Source: Tubiluchus corallicola (Eukaryota; Animalia; Priapulida). From it: a stretch of 64,000 nt of DNA. A model generated the notes under the pieces. The model was given only the letters and a program-made list of their open reading frames with translations, was not told the origin of the DNA and made no database searches. The translations under genes and the position numbers were made by a program. The stretch lies in contig JAQGDQ010000040.1 in assembly GCA_030141605.1 (NCBI GenBank), forward strand, positions 806,001 to 870,000, read 5' to 3'. Below, piece by piece: positions 52,095 through 62,981 of the stretch (positions are counted from its first letter, which is position 1; every line of letters starts with the position of its first letter).

Positions 52095-53444
52095 ATGAAG
52101 AAATTAGTAGAGACCCTAAGAAACATATATAAGATTGAGGATCTGAGAGAGCGTTTAACTGTGACTTTTTTGCTCCTGTTGGTCTATAGGCTTGGCACAT
52201 TTGTTTCATTGCCTGGGATAGATCCTGCTCAGTTGGGGGCACTTAAAGAGCAAACCTCAGAAGGAATATTGGGGCTTTTGAATACATTTTCGGGAGGGGC
52301 TTTCTCTCAAGCTTCAATTTTTGCTTTAGGTATTATGCCTTACATTAGCGCTTCGATTGTGATTCAGCTTATGGGTATTGCTGTACCTTATTTCCAGAAG
52401 CTACAAAAAGAGGGGGAGTCGGGAAGAAAGAAGATGAATCAAATCACAAGGTTTCTGACTTTAGGTATTTTGCTGTTTCAGGGGCCGGCTTATTTGGCAA
52501 ACCTAAATGCGCAACTTCCTGAAACCGCTTTTGCTATCAAGGGTGCTGCTTTTTCTGTAACATCAACGATAATACTTGCAGCGGGCTCTATGTTTATCAT
52601 GTGGCTTGGCGAAAGAATAACGGATAATGGTATAGGCAATGGAATATCATTGATAATAATGATTGGAATTATTTCCAACTTCCCCTATGCAGTATTTGCG
52701 GAGTTTGTTAGCAGGGTTGAAGAGCAGGGTGGAGGAATGGTGATGTTTTTACTTGAATTTGTTTTACTTTTTGTAGTCTTTATGATTACTATTCTGTTGG
52801 TGCAGGGTACAAGAAGAATACCGGTACAGTATGCCAAGAGAATTGTGGGAAATCGCCAATATGGAGGAGTACGTCAATATATACCGTTAAAGGTTAACGC
52901 TGCGGGAGTTATGCCTATTATCTTTGCGCAAGCTATTATGTTTGTCCCAATAAGTTTGGCAGGCTTCTCAGGTTCTGATTCTGCAGTTATGGGACGATTT
53001 GTTGCAGCATTTTCAAACTTTACCGGTTTTTGGTATAACTTTACCATGTTTACACTGGTGATACTGTTTACATACTTCTATACGGCCATTACGATCAATC
53101 CCATACAGATGGCAGATGATATGAAGAAAAATGGAGGCTTTATTCCAGGGGTTAAGCCCGGAAAGAAAACGATGGAATATCTTGACTCTGTCATGTCAAG
53201 AATCACCTTTCCAGGATCTATTTTTCTCGGTATCGTAACGATATTACCGGCGTTTGCAATGATAATAGGTGTTAACTATCAATTTGCAAACTTTTTTGGA
53301 GGTACCTCGCTACTGATCCTGGTGGGAGTTGTACTGGACACGTTACAACAGATTGAGAGTCATTTGCTAATGAGGCACTATGATGGTTTAACAAAAACGG
53401 GAAGAATAAAAGGCCGAGCAGGAGGAGGAGCGGCTGCAATATAA
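52095..53444 (+). CDS. secY: Preprotein translocase SecY
   Basis: SIFALGIMPYISASI, GIGNGIS, FGGTSLLI. Confidence 0.98.
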   Translation: MKKLVETLRNIYKIEDLRERLTVTFLLLLVYRLGTFVSLPGIDPAQLGALKEQTSEGILGLLNTFSGGAFSQASIFALGIMPYISASIVIQLMGIAVPYFQKLQKEGESGRKKMNQITRFLTLGILLFQGPAYLANLNAQLPETAFAIKGAAFSVTSTIILAAGSMFIMWLGERITDNGIGNGISLIIMIGIISNFPYAVFAEFVSRVEEQGGGMVMFLLEFVLLFVVFMITILLVQGTRRIPVQYAKRIVGNRQYGGVRQYIPLKVNAAGVMPIIFAQAIMFVPISLAGFSGSDSAVMGRFVAAFSNFTGFWYNFTMFTLVILFTYFYTAITINPIQMADDMKKNGGFIPGVKPGKKTMEYLDSVMSRITFPGSIFLGIVTILPAFAMIIGVNYQFANFFGGTSLLILVGVVLDTLQQIESHLLMRHYDGLTKTGRIKGRAGGGAAAI

Positions 53445-53473
53445 TTTTTTAAATAATAAGTTAAAGATATTTT

Positions 53474-53695
53474 ATGGCAAAGCAGCCTTCAATAGAGCAA
53501 GATGGAGTGATTGTGGAAGCACTGTCAAATGCAATGTTTCGCGTGGAGTTGCAGAATGGGCATATAATCACAGCCCATATATCCGGGAAAATGCGTTTGC
53601 ATTATATCAGGATTCTTCCTGGTGATAAGGTGAAGGTTGAGATGTCTCCATACGATCTTTCTAAAGGCAGAATTACTTTTAGGTATAAAAATTAA
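53474..53695 (+). CDS. infA: Translation initiation factor IF-1
   Basis: [17 protein letters not shown]. Confidence 0.98.
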   Translation: MAKQPSIEQDGVIVEALSNAMFRVELQNGHIITAHISGKMRLHYIRILPGDKVKVEMSPYDLSKGRITFRYKN

Positions 53696-53710
53696 AAAGG
53701 GATAAATAAG

Positions 53711-53827
53711 ATGAAGGTAAGAGTGTCTATAAAAAAGCGTAGCGCAGACTGTAAAATAGTAAGGCGTAAAGGGCGCCTCTACGTTATCAATAAAAAGAAT
53801 CCGAGGCTTAAGCAACGCCAGGGATAG
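53711..53827 (+). CDS. rpmJ: 50S ribosomal protein L36, zinc-free type (not in ORF track)
   Basis: [38 protein letters not shown]. Confidence 0.95.
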   Translation: MKVRVSIKKRSADCKIVRRKGRLYVINKKNPRLKQRQG

Positions 53828-53866
53828 AGTTTTTAGTGTAAAATATTACATAACTAGTTAAAGAAT

Positions 53867-54244
53867 ATGGCTCGTATAGTTGGAGTAGACATACCGGATA
53901 ATAAAAGAGGTGAAATAGCCCTGACATATATTTACGGCGTTGGCCGTAGTCGTGCTCAGGAAATACTTGAAACTGCCGGCGTTGATAAAGACGTTAAAGT
54001 AAAAGAGTGGACCGATGACCAGTTCAACGCTGTACGTACGCAAATCAGTGATAATTATAAGATTGAAGGTGAATTGCGTTCTGAGGTACAACTAAACATT
54101 AAGCGTCTTATGGATATTGGGTGCTATCGTGGCATTCGTCACCGTATAGGCCTCCCTGTTCGCGGACAGAGTACAAAAAATAATGCCAGAACACGTAAAG
54201 GCAAAAGAAAAACAGTTGCTAATAAAAAGAAGGCTACGAAATAA
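53867..54244 (+). CDS. rpsM: 30S ribosomal protein S13
   Basis: YRGIRH, LPVRGQ. Confidence 0.98.
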   Translation: MARIVGVDIPDNKRGEIALTYIYGVGRSRAQEILETAGVDKDVKVKEWTDDQFNAVRTQISDNYKIEGELRSEVQLNIKRLMDIGCYRGIRHRIGLPVRGQSTKNNARTRKGKRKTVANKKKATK

Positions 54245-54255
54245 GGTTAAGTAGA

Positions 54256-54645
54256 ATGGCAAAGAAGTCTAGAAGTTCGAAAAAAAGATTTGTGAAAGTT
54301 GAGGCAGTGGGGCAAGCGCATATACACTCCTCCTTCAACAACATTATTATATCGTTGACCAATAATAATGGAGAGGTTATTTCCTGGTCGTCAGCGGGCA
54401 AAAAAGGGTTTAGAGGTTCTAAAAAGAACACCCCTTATGCAGCACAAATGGCGGCAGAGGATTGTGCTAAGCCTGCGTACGATCTTGGCTTGCGTAAGGT
54501 TAAGGTTTATGTAAAAGGACCCGGAAACGGCCGAGAATCGGCAATTCGTGCCATTTCTGGTACTGGTATCCAGGTTTCTGAAATTATTGATGTGACACCA
54601 CTCCCGCACAACGGGTGTCGTCCGCCAAAGCGTCGCCGCGTCTAA
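54256..54645 (+). CDS. rpsK: 30S ribosomal protein S11
   Basis: [18 protein letters not shown]. Confidence 0.98.
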   Translation: MAKKSRSSKKRFVKVEAVGQAHIHSSFNNIIISLTNNNGEVISWSSAGKKGFRGSKKNTPYAAQMAAEDCAKPAYDLGLRKVKVYVKGPGNGRESAIRAISGTGIQVSEIIDVTPLPHNGCRPPKRRRV

Positions 54646-54673
54646 TCTGTGTGAATATTTATAATAAGAGAAA

Positions 54674-55282
54674 ATGGCAAGATATAGAGGACCTAAAACA
54701 AAAATAGCCAGAAAGTTTGGCGAACCAATATTTGGACCAGACAAGGTGTTTGAAAAAAAGAACTATCCACCAGGGATGCACGGTACAAATAAGCGCCGCA
54801 TGAAAGTATCCGAGTATGGGATACAACTAAAGGAGAAGCAGAAAGCTAAGTATACTTACGGTATTCTGGAAAAGCAGTTTCGCAACCTTTTCAAAAAAGC
54901 TGCATCCAGTAAAGGGATAACGGGTACTGTGCTTTTACAAATGCTGGAGAGCCGCCTGGATAATGTTGTGTTTCGCATGGGGGTAGCTCCCAGTCGCGCA
55001 GCGGGGCGCCAGCTTGTAACACACAAGCATATAACTGTAAACAGTAAGATTGTTAACATTCCCTCTTATATTTTACGCCCTGGAGATATAGTAGGTGTTC
55101 GGGAAAGGTCTAAGTCACTTGAGGCAATAACAAACTCGTTATCTTCGCGGCGCCATGGGCACTATCCGTGGCTAGAGTGGGATGAGGCTACAAAAAATGG
55201 TAAGTTTTTAAATGCCCCTGATAGAGAGGAAATACCAGAAAATATAAAAGAGCAGCTTATTGTAGAGCTATATTCTAAATAA
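54674..55282 (+). CDS. rpsD: 30S ribosomal protein S4
   Basis: [19 protein letters not shown]. Confidence 0.98.
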   Translation: MARYRGPKTKIARKFGEPIFGPDKVFEKKNYPPGMHGTNKRRMKVSEYGIQLKEKQKAKYTYGILEKQFRNLFKKAASSKGITGTVLLQMLESRLDNVVFRMGVAPSRAAGRQLVTHKHITVNSKIVNIPSYILRPGDIVGVRERSKSLEAITNSLSSRRHGHYPWLEWDEATKNGKFLNAPDREEIPENIKEQLIVELYSK

Positions 55283-55306
55283 AAATTAAATAGAGAGGTT
55301 GTTTTT

Positions 55307-56293
55307 ATGGCAATTTTAGATTTCCAGAAGCCTGATGAGGTGATAATGATAGAGTCGGATGAAACTCGTGGACAATTTGAGTTTCGCCCTTTGGAGCCGG
55401 GTTATGGCATTACAGTTGGTAACTCTTTACGGAGAATATTGTTGTCGTCTTTGGAGGGGTATGCTATCACAACGGTGAAAATCGAAGGGGTGGAGCATGA
55501 GTTTTCTACTATATCGGGAGTTATAGAAGATGTTACAGAAATGATTCTGAACTTGAAGCAGATACGCTTCAAGCAAGAAGTTGCGGGCACTGATAAAGAG
55601 AAAGTTACTGTGTCTTTGGTCGGGCGGGAGCAATTTGTAGCCGGGGATGTCAATAACTTTATGACAGGGTTTAGTGTGCTAAATCCCGATTTGGTTATAT
55701 GCAATATGAATACCGATGTAAAATTGCAAATTGAACTTACCATAGAAAAAGGTAGGGGATATGTGCCTAGTATAGAGAATAAACCTATTGATGAGGAGTT
55801 TGGGCGCATCCCAATTGACTCTATCTTTACGCCTATCAAGAACGTGAAGTATGAAGTTGAAAACTTTCGTGTGGAGCAGAAGACCGACTATGAAAAGTTA
55901 ATATTTGAAATACAGACGGACGGCTCTATTCACCCTAAAGATGCGTTGAAAGAGGCTGCGAAAATATTGATATATCACTTCATGCTATTCTCTGATGAAA
56001 AGATAACCGTGTCTTACAATGAGGAGTTCGCAAATGATGAATTTGATGAAGAGGTGTTGCATATGCGCCAGCTATTGAAAACAAAACTTGTTGACCTTGA
56101 TCTGTCTGCGCGTGCATTAAACTGCTTAATGGCTGCAGATGTAGATACTCTTGGTGAGTTGGTAAAATACAATAGAAGCGATCTTCTCAAATTTCGCAAT
56201 TTTGGCAAGAAGTCATTGACAGAGCTTGATGAGCGTCTGGCTGATATGAATTTAAGCTTTGGAATGGATATCACTAAGTATAAATTTAGATAA
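55307..56293 (+). CDS. rpoA: RNA polymerase alpha subunit
   Basis: [23 protein letters not shown]. Confidence 0.98.
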   Translation: MAILDFQKPDEVIMIESDETRGQFEFRPLEPGYGITVGNSLRRILLSSLEGYAITTVKIEGVEHEFSTISGVIEDVTEMILNLKQIRFKQEVAGTDKEKVTVSLVGREQFVAGDVNNFMTGFSVLNPDLVICNMNTDVKLQIELTIEKGRGYVPSIENKPIDEEFGRIPIDSIFTPIKNVKYEVENFRVEQKTDYEKLIFEIQTDGSIHPKDALKEAAKILIYHFMLFSDEKITVSYNEEFANDEFDEEVLHMRQLLKTKLVDLDLSARALNCLMAADVDTLGELVKYNRSDLLKFRNFGKKSLTELDERLADMNLSFGMDITKYKFR

Positions 56294-56308
56294 AGAGTAA
56301 TATATAAG

Positions 56309-57283
56309 ATGAGGCACAGAAAAGGTTTCAATCATCTAAGTAGAACGAGTTCACACCGTAAAGCAATGATGGCCAATATGGCGAGTTCATTACTTTTGCA
56401 CAAGCGTATAAAAACAACGGTTGCTAAAGCGAAAGCTTTGCGCGGATTTGTTGAACCACTGATCACACGTGCTAAGAACGATTCTACTCACAACCGTCGA
56501 ATGGTCTTTCGTTCTCTTAATGACAAAGAGGCTGTTAAAGAACTATTTCGTGATATATCGGAAAAAGTTGAGAAGCGCCCGGGAGGGTACACAAGGATAC
56601 TAAAAACAGGGAACAGACTGGGTGATAATGCAGAGATGTGCATTATTGAGCTTGTTGATTACAATGAAAGTCTTTTGTCTGCCAAAGAGGAGGCTCCTAA
56701 GAAACACCGTTCAAGAAGAAGAGGTGGTTCTAAGAAAAAAGCAGGAACCGCAAAGACAGAGGAAGTAACTGCAACTGCTGCAGAGGAGAAGGCTACGAAA
56801 GCGGAGGAAACAGCTGCAACTACTGCAGAGGAGAAGGCTACGAAAGCGGAGGAAACAGCTGCAACTACTGCAGAGGAGAAGGCTACGAAAGCGGAGGAAA
56901 CAGCTGCAACTGCTGCAGAGGAGAAGGCTACGAAAGCGGAGGAAACAGCTGCAACTGCTACGGAGGAGAAGGCTACGAAAGTGGAGGAAACAGCTGCGAC
57001 TGCTGAAGAGGAGAAGGCTACGAAAGCGAAGGAAACAGCTGCAACTGCTGTAGAGGAGAAGGCTACGAAAGCGAAGGAAACAGCTGCAACTGCTGCAGAG
57101 GAGAAGGCTACGAAAGCGGAGGAAACAGCTGCAACTGCTGTAGAGGAGAAGACTACAAAAACAGAGAAGACAGAGGTGAAAGCATCTGAAAAATCTGATG
57201 ACGCAGGGAAAAGCACTTCTGGTACTTCTGAGCAGGAGCCTGATACCGGACAAGATAATAAAGAGAAAGACAGCAGTAAGTAG
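56309..57283 (+). CDS. rplQ: 50S ribosomal protein L17 with long repetitive C-terminal extension
   Basis: [13 protein letters not shown], then Ala/Glu/Lys/Thr repeats. Confidence 0.97.
   Translation: MRHRKGFNHLSRTSSHRKAMMANMASSLLLHKRIKTTVAKAKALRGFVEPLITRAKNDSTHNRRMVFRSLNDKEAVKELFRDISEKVEKRPGGYTRILKTGNRLGDNAEMCIIELVDYNESLLSAKEEAPKKHRSRRRGGSKKKAGTAKTEEVTATAAEEKATKAEETAATTAEEKATKAEETAATTAEEKATKAEETAATAAEEKATKAEETAATATEEKATKVEETAATAEEEKATKAKETAATAVEEKATKAKETAATAAEEKATKAEETAATAVEEKTTKTEKTEVKASEKSDDAGKSTSGTSEQEPDTGQDNKEKDSSK
56756..57160 (+). repeat. Coding tandem repeat, 9 x 45 bp
   Basis: Unit GCGGAGGAAACAGCTGCAACT(G/A)CTGCAGAGGAGAAGGCTACGAAA = [15 protein letters not shown]. Confidence 0.95.
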
Positions 57284-57505
57284 TATTTTTTTTAATCTCT
57301 CTTTTGTACAACAAAACTAGCAGACAAAGAGAGGCAGGCAGGGGAAAAGTAGTACATAAAAGAGTTCAACTCCATCTTTGGGGTGGTCACCTTTACCGGA
57401 AAAATAGGAATCTGGCTGGTCGGGGTTTTAAAACATAAGCTTATTCACAACTACTAGGTGCTAAGAAGTAGAGTGCAAAAATAATTTTGTGTATAAAAAA
57501 TAGAG

Positions 57506-57539
57506 AAAAGCAGAAATAATAATTATTATTTCTGCTTTT
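57506..57539. terminator. Perfect 34-bp palindrome after the ribosomal superoperon
   Basis: AAAAGCAGAAATAATAA|TTATTATTTCTGCTTTT followed by GTTTTT. Confidence 0.6.
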
Positions 57540-57676
57540 GTTTTTGATGTTTTTGCTTGCTTGTCCATTATGAGGCTTTCACAATGTCTCTTTTTTTATT
57601 TTCTTTAAGCCATCTCTAAAGCACTACTTGCTTGCTTTACTAAGTTGATAGGAATAAGATTTTTTATATCACTCCG

Positions 57677-57806
57677 GAAGCTATGCAGAGCTCGCCTCTT
57701 TTATCAATGCTTTTCGTTAAAACTCTCTTCAAAATCCTCAATTACAATACTAAGCTGTAGTTTTTCACCTAACTTCTTCTGGAATATTTTGACCTACAAA
57801 AGCTTC
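57677..57806 (+). repeat. Palindromic intergenic repeat, copy 11
   Basis: GAAGCTATGCAGAGC...CTACAAAAGCTTC; core CAAAATCCTCAATTACAATACTAAGCTG. Confidence 0.6.
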
Positions 57807-58184
57807 AGTTTGAAAAGCAGGGGGGATAGACTCTTGCCTGGCCCGGCCCTATCTGTTTATTAATAGTCTTGTCAAAGCTATACTTACAGCTGGAGAGTTA
57901 TCCTTTACCTGATTTTAGCCCAGCATGCCCCCCCAATTTCTTTTATCTTGAAAAGAGGGTTCTAAGCAGAAAAAAAGAGGCTGTGAAGGCAAACTATTTC
58001 CATTGTATCATCTTGCCTCTATAGCGATAAAAGAGGCAAAACTTTTGCTATATGTATTTTTATTGTTATATTATGTGCTCTTAAGTAAAACGTGCTTTTA
58101 TTAATTTGCTGGAAAATATAGCAGAGTTCAAAGAAAAATAGAAACAGATAGGTTAAAAACCGATAATAAAATTAAATAGTGTTT

Positions 58185-59495
58185 ATGGATTATATCAAGA
58201 AGAAGCTATTAAAAAAAGGAAATGAAGAACGATTGATTGTAAAAAAGCTCGTAAAGGATTATGGAGAGAAACAGGTAGACACAGTTTCAATTGGACAGAT
58301 ACTTACTGGGATGAAAGGTGTTACGAGTCTGTTGACTGTAACATCAAAACTTGATCCTGAAAGTGGGATACGCTTTAGGGGGTATACTATTCCGGAACTC
58401 CAAAAACTGCTTCCTCGCAAGTCTCCAGATGGGGAGCCTTTGCCGGAGGGGTTGTTTTATCTTATGTTGTTGAACGATATTCCGTCAAAAGAGGATGTAA
58501 ACTTTTTGAGTAAGGAGTGGGCTTCAAGAGCAAAGGTGCCAAAGCATGTCTTCGATGTAATTGAAGCATTACCTATGACGAGTAAGCCGATGACACAGTT
58601 TAGCGCCGCTATACTATCAATGGCAACCGATTCACTTTTCCAAAAATCATATAGGGAAGGGCTGCATAAGGACAATTATTGGGATACCACATACGAGGAT
58701 GTCATGAATCTGATAGCTCGTCTTCCTGTTGTAGCTGCTTATATCTATAGAAGAGTATTTCACGGAGGCAATCATATAGCTGCAGACCCAGACCTTGACT
58801 GGGCTGCGAACTTTGCCCATATGATGGGGTTTAACAGCAAAGAAGTGTACAGGCTGTTCAGGATGTACATGGTTATTCATGCTGACCATGAGGGCGGTAA
58901 TGTCTCCGCACACTCTACCCATCTGGTAGGCTCTGCCTTAAGCAACCCCTATTACTCATATGCTGCCGGTATGCTGGGTTTAGCAGGCCCGCTGCACGGC
59001 TACGCCAACCAGGAGGTAATAAGATGGATACTGGAGATGGTTGATGAGATAGGGGAGTGTGATGGGGAGAGTGGGAAAGTAAAAATAGAGAAATATATAA
59101 AACAGACTCTTGAGGAGGGGAAGGTGATACCAGGGTATGGGCACTCGGTGCTGCGTGTAACTGATCCGCGCTACTTATACCAAAAGGAGTTTGCAGATAA
59201 GTACATAAAGAATGACAAGCTGGTTAATATTGTTAACCGCCTTTATGGTATTGTACCACCCATTCTTCAGTCACTGGGTAAAGTGAAAAACCCATGGCCT
59301 AATGTTGATGCGTATTCAGGTGCTTTATTGCAACACTATGGTATAAAAGAGTACTTCTTTTACACTGTTATGTTTGGAGTGAGCCGGGCGCTTGGAGTGA
59401 TGTCTCAGTTTGTATGGGATAGAATATATGGGCTACCAATAGAAAGGCCTAAATCGCATCAATTAGAATGGTTTAAAAAACAAGCCGGAATTTAG
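58185..59495 (+). CDS. gltA: Citrate (Si)-synthase, eukaryote/mitochondrial type
   Basis: GIRFRG, EPLPEG, HADHEGGNVSAH, LAGPLHG.ANQEV, PGYGH, KNPWPNVDA. Confidence 0.92.
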   Translation: MDYIKKKLLKKGNEERLIVKKLVKDYGEKQVDTVSIGQILTGMKGVTSLLTVTSKLDPESGIRFRGYTIPELQKLLPRKSPDGEPLPEGLFYLMLLNDIPSKEDVNFLSKEWASRAKVPKHVFDVIEALPMTSKPMTQFSAAILSMATDSLFQKSYREGLHKDNYWDTTYEDVMNLIARLPVVAAYIYRRVFHGGNHIAADPDLDWAANFAHMMGFNSKEVYRLFRMYMVIHADHEGGNVSAHSTHLVGSALSNPYYSYAAGMLGLAGPLHGYANQEVIRWILEMVDEIGECDGESGKVKIEKYIKQTLEEGKVIPGYGHSVLRVTDPRYLYQKEFADKYIKNDKLVNIVNRLYGIVPPILQSLGKVKNPWPNVDAYSGALLQHYGIKEYFFYTVMFGVSRALGVMSQFVWDRIYGLPIERPKSHQLEWFKKQAGI

Positions 59496-59513
59496 TTAGT
59501 CAATTATCTTTAT

Positions 59514-61415
59514 ATGGCATTTAACGGATTGAGCGAGTTTGTTTCACTTCTTGATCGTGAAGGAGAACTTATTCGTGTAGAACCATATGTTAATAGCGAG
59601 CTTATCATTGCCGAATTGGCTGACAGGTTTTCAAAGCAGCAGGGAGGAGGCAAGGCACTTTTATTTGAAAGTACGGGGACACGATACCCGGTGTTGGTAA
59701 ATGCATTTGGCTCAGATAAAAGAATGGCCATGGCACTAGGTGTTGAAAACATTGATAAAATCGGTGTAGAGATAGAAGAACTGTTTGAAAAGCTTACTAC
59801 CCCCAAGGGGGAGATTCTTGATAAACTGAAACTCCTGCCCACTCTTTCGCGCATATCATCATGGATGCCCAAGACTGTAAAGGGAAGAGGAGCCTGCCAG
59901 GAGGTAGTAAATCACGACCCTGACTTATCAGAGCTGCCAATACTGAAGTGCTGGCCTGCTGATGGAGGAGCATTTGTAACACTCCCGTGTGTAGTAACGC
60001 GCGATCCTCATACAGGAACACGCAATGTGGGAATGTACAGGATGCAGGTTTTTGATCGTAACACAACTGGAGTGCACTGGCACAAGCATAAAACAGGGGC
60101 AAGGCACTTTAACGAGTATAAGAAAATAGGAAAGAAGATGCCTGTCTCAGTAGTACTTGGTGGTGATCCGGCATACACTTATGCTGCTACGGCTCCACTA
60201 CCTGATAATATTGACGAGTATCTGCTGGCTGGTTTTCTGAGAAAGAAGAGAGTTAAAACGGTTAAATGCTTGACAAACGACCTGGAGGTGCCATCTGACG
60301 CTGATTTTATCATAGAAGGATATGTAGATCCCGAAGATGACCTGGCCTGGGAAGGACCGTTTGGAGACCATACAGGGTTCTATTCGTTGGCAGACTGGTA
60401 CCCCAGGCTGCATGTAACATGTATAACACACAGGCAGGATGCTATTTACCCGGCTACAGTTGTAGGTATTCCACCAATGGAAGATGCCTGGATAGGTCGT
60501 GCTACAGAAAGAATTTTCCTCGCTCCGATGAGGCTGACAATAATTCCCGAAATAGTTGATATCTCCCTGCCTCCTGCCGGTGTTGCCCATAATATCACCA
60601 TTGCCGGAATTGAGAAGAGCTATCCCGGACAGGCCGCAAAAGTAATGAATGCAATGTGGGGGGCGGGACAAATGATGTTTAATAAAATTATGATCATTAC
60701 AGGTGACGATGTTAATATTCATAACTTTGAACAACTTGCCAGGCACATTTCCAAAGCGGTGAATCCATCTGAAGATATATCTTTCTCGCAGGGGCCAATG
60801 GATGTCCTGGATCACTCTTCTACACAGTATGCTTATGGCTCAAAAATGGGTATTGATGCTACTAGCAAGGGAGAAGAAAAAGATAATAATACTTGCTATG
60901 AGGAAGTTAATACGACTTTAATTAGAAGCGATGCAGAAAAAATACCTGAAGTAAAAGATATTAATACAGAACTTTTGGAAAAATCTATATCTCTGATTGT
61001 TCTTTCAATTGAAAAAAGGGAAAAAGGGGAGGTGCAGAAACTTGCAGAAAAAGTATCAGGGATGGAGTCATTTAAAAGTGTAAAATTTGTTGTTTTTATT
61101 GATTCAGGAGTTGATATATACAACCTGCACGATGTTTGCTGGTATGTTAGTGGCAATATCGATCCGCGGCGAGACTGTTATATTATTAACACGACAAACT
61201 GGAGAGGTACCTCCTGTATGGTAATTGACGGTACTCGTAAGACTAAAAGTATTGATGGATTTGAGCGGGACTGGCCTAATCCCGTTACATCCTCATTAAA
61301 AACCATTAATAGTGTAAATGAGATGTGGGAGTCATTAGGAGTTGGGGAGTTTATACCATCTCCATCGTTAAAGTATCACTTGTTGAAGTGTGGCGAGGGG
61401 GCTGTATCTTTGTAA
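59514..61415 (+). CDS. UbiD-family decarboxylase (menaquinone/futalosine pathway, MqnL-like)
   Basis: NVGMYRMQ, EGPFGDHTGFY, PPMED, WGAGQM. Confidence 0.88.
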   Translation: MAFNGLSEFVSLLDREGELIRVEPYVNSELIIAELADRFSKQQGGGKALLFESTGTRYPVLVNAFGSDKRMAMALGVENIDKIGVEIEELFEKLTTPKGEILDKLKLLPTLSRISSWMPKTVKGRGACQEVVNHDPDLSELPILKCWPADGGAFVTLPCVVTRDPHTGTRNVGMYRMQVFDRNTTGVHWHKHKTGARHFNEYKKIGKKMPVSVVLGGDPAYTYAATAPLPDNIDEYLLAGFLRKKRVKTVKCLTNDLEVPSDADFIIEGYVDPEDDLAWEGPFGDHTGFYSLADWYPRLHVTCITHRQDAIYPATVVGIPPMEDAWIGRATERIFLAPMRLTIIPEIVDISLPPAGVAHNITIAGIEKSYPGQAAKVMNAMWGAGQMMFNKIMIITGDDVNIHNFEQLARHISKAVNPSEDISFSQGPMDVLDHSSTQYAYGSKMGIDATSKGEEKDNNTCYEEVNTTLIRSDAEKIPEVKDINTELLEKSISLIVLSIEKREKGEVQKLAEKVSGMESFKSVKFVVFIDSGVDIYNLHDVCWYVSGNIDPRRDCYIINTTNWRGTSCMVIDGTRKTKSIDGFERDWPNPVTSSLKTINSVNEMWESLGVGEFIPSPSLKYHLLKCGEGAVSL

Positions 61416-61512
61416 TTTTTGACGTTAAATATTACTTCAATAACTGCAGTTACAACACAAACCCTTACAGAAAATGCAAATTTTACACTTAAGGACTTAC
61501 AAAATATATCTT

Positions 61513-61643
61513 GATCCCTTTACGAAGTGGAGTATTTTGGGTCAGATTTATGATAAACTTGAGGGGGAAACTGGTGTAAGAAAGGGGTATAAAAAAGATT
61601 TTGACGAAGATGTTTATGAAAAGATGGGCTTTGTAAAGTCCTC
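61513..61643 (-). repeat. Palindromic intergenic repeat, copy 12 (inverted)
   Basis: ...GATTTTGACGAAG...AAAAGATGGGCTTTGTAAAGTCCTC. Confidence 0.55.
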
Positions 61644-61688
61644 ATATTATTATAAAAGTAAACTTTCTATACTTAATAAACTTGATCT

Positions 61689-62972
61689 ATGGGTGAGGAA
61701 TTTTTACAGTTTATTTGGAAGCATGGTCTGTATAAAAACAGGGCTCTCACTTCCACTTCAGGCGAGGCAATAGATGTTTTACATCCCGGCTATCAGAACC
61801 AGGGTGCCGGCTCCGATTTTTTTAATGCCCGTATAAAGATAGGAGATACTGTATGGGCCGGTAATGTTGAGGTGCATATCAAAGCATCAGATTGGTACAG
61901 GCATAAGCACCATAAGGATAAAAGCTACAGTAATGTGATCCTTCACGTTGTCCACAAAGAAGACATATCAGGTTCAAAAAACGCTCCTTTGCAGATTCCT
62001 ACGCTTATCATAGATTGGGAAAAGGAGATAGAGCAGAACTACACCAGGCTTTTGGAAAATGAAGGCTGGGTTGGGTGTGAAGAGAAGGTGGGGAAGATGG
62101 ATGTATTTGGTTTAAAGTTTGCTTTAGGCAGGATCTTATCGGATAGACTACAAAGTAAAACAGAGGCTGTATGGAGAGTGCTAAAAGAGACGCGAGGTAA
62201 CTGGAATGAAGCGTTTTACAGGGTTCTTGCTCGAAGTTTTGGATTCAAGGAAAATGGAACTCCTTTCGAAATGCTGGCTATTTCGTTGCCACAGAAGTAT
62301 CTTGCACGCCATCAGGACTCGCTACTTCAGGTAGAAGCACTGCTTTTGGGGCAGGCAGGATTACTTGAAGAGGATACGTGTAGTGATGAATACTACTTAA
62401 AACTACAGACTGAGTACAGGTACCTGTCAGGTAAATACAGACTCAAGCCTATCGATAGCCATCTATGGAAGTTTATGCGAATGAGGCCTGTAAATTTTCC
62501 GCCGCTGCGAATAGCTCAATTTGCAGCATTGGTATACCGTTCAAAAGGACTGTTTTCGGCTATAACAAATATACAGCATATGGATGAGCTAAGAGAGCTA
62601 TTTCATGTGAAAGCATCCGAGTACTGGGATACACACTACCACTTTAATCGCTTATCTCCTAAGCGGGTAAAGTCTTTCGGAAAGCAATCGTGCTCTTCTA
62701 TATTAATAAATGTAGTCGTACCTTTTCTTTTTACGTACGGAGAAAGCCAGAATAAATTATTTTTGAAAAATAAAGCATTAGACCTGTTGGAGCAAATGCT
62801 GCCGGAAAATAATAAAATTATAAGAGGCTGGAGCAAAATAGGGATCAATGCCCGGAGTGCTGTAGAATCACAGGCATTGCTGCATTTAAAAAACAATTTT
62901 TGCGATAAAAAGAGGTGCCTTGACTGCACCATAGGACAAAAAATAATAACTGTAAAACACTCATATAGCTAA
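61689..62972 (+). CDS. DUF2851 family protein
   Basis: DFFNARI, WAGNVEVH, NVILHVV, RP.NFP..RIAQ, C-terminal C...C..C. Confidence 0.9.
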   Translation: MGEEFLQFIWKHGLYKNRALTSTSGEAIDVLHPGYQNQGAGSDFFNARIKIGDTVWAGNVEVHIKASDWYRHKHHKDKSYSNVILHVVHKEDISGSKNAPLQIPTLIIDWEKEIEQNYTRLLENEGWVGCEEKVGKMDVFGLKFALGRILSDRLQSKTEAVWRVLKETRGNWNEAFYRVLARSFGFKENGTPFEMLAISLPQKYLARHQDSLLQVEALLLGQAGLLEEDTCSDEYYLKLQTEYRYLSGKYRLKPIDSHLWKFMRMRPVNFPPLRIAQFAALVYRSKGLFSAITNIQHMDELRELFHVKASEYWDTHYHFNRLSPKRVKSFGKQSCSSILINVVVPFLFTYGESQNKLFLKNKALDLLEQMLPENNKIIRGWSKIGINARSAVESQALLHLKNNFCDKKRCLDCTIGQKIITVKHSYS

Positions 62973-62981
62973 GTAGCTTAT

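Noticed and set aside
56756-57160. Possible CRISPR array
   Set aside because: Head-to-tail coding repeats with no unique spacers; no cas genes in the window
56659-57253. Long minus-strand ORFs (185 and 180 aa, one Cys-rich)
   Set aside because: Shadows of the stop-free 45-bp repeat inside rplQ
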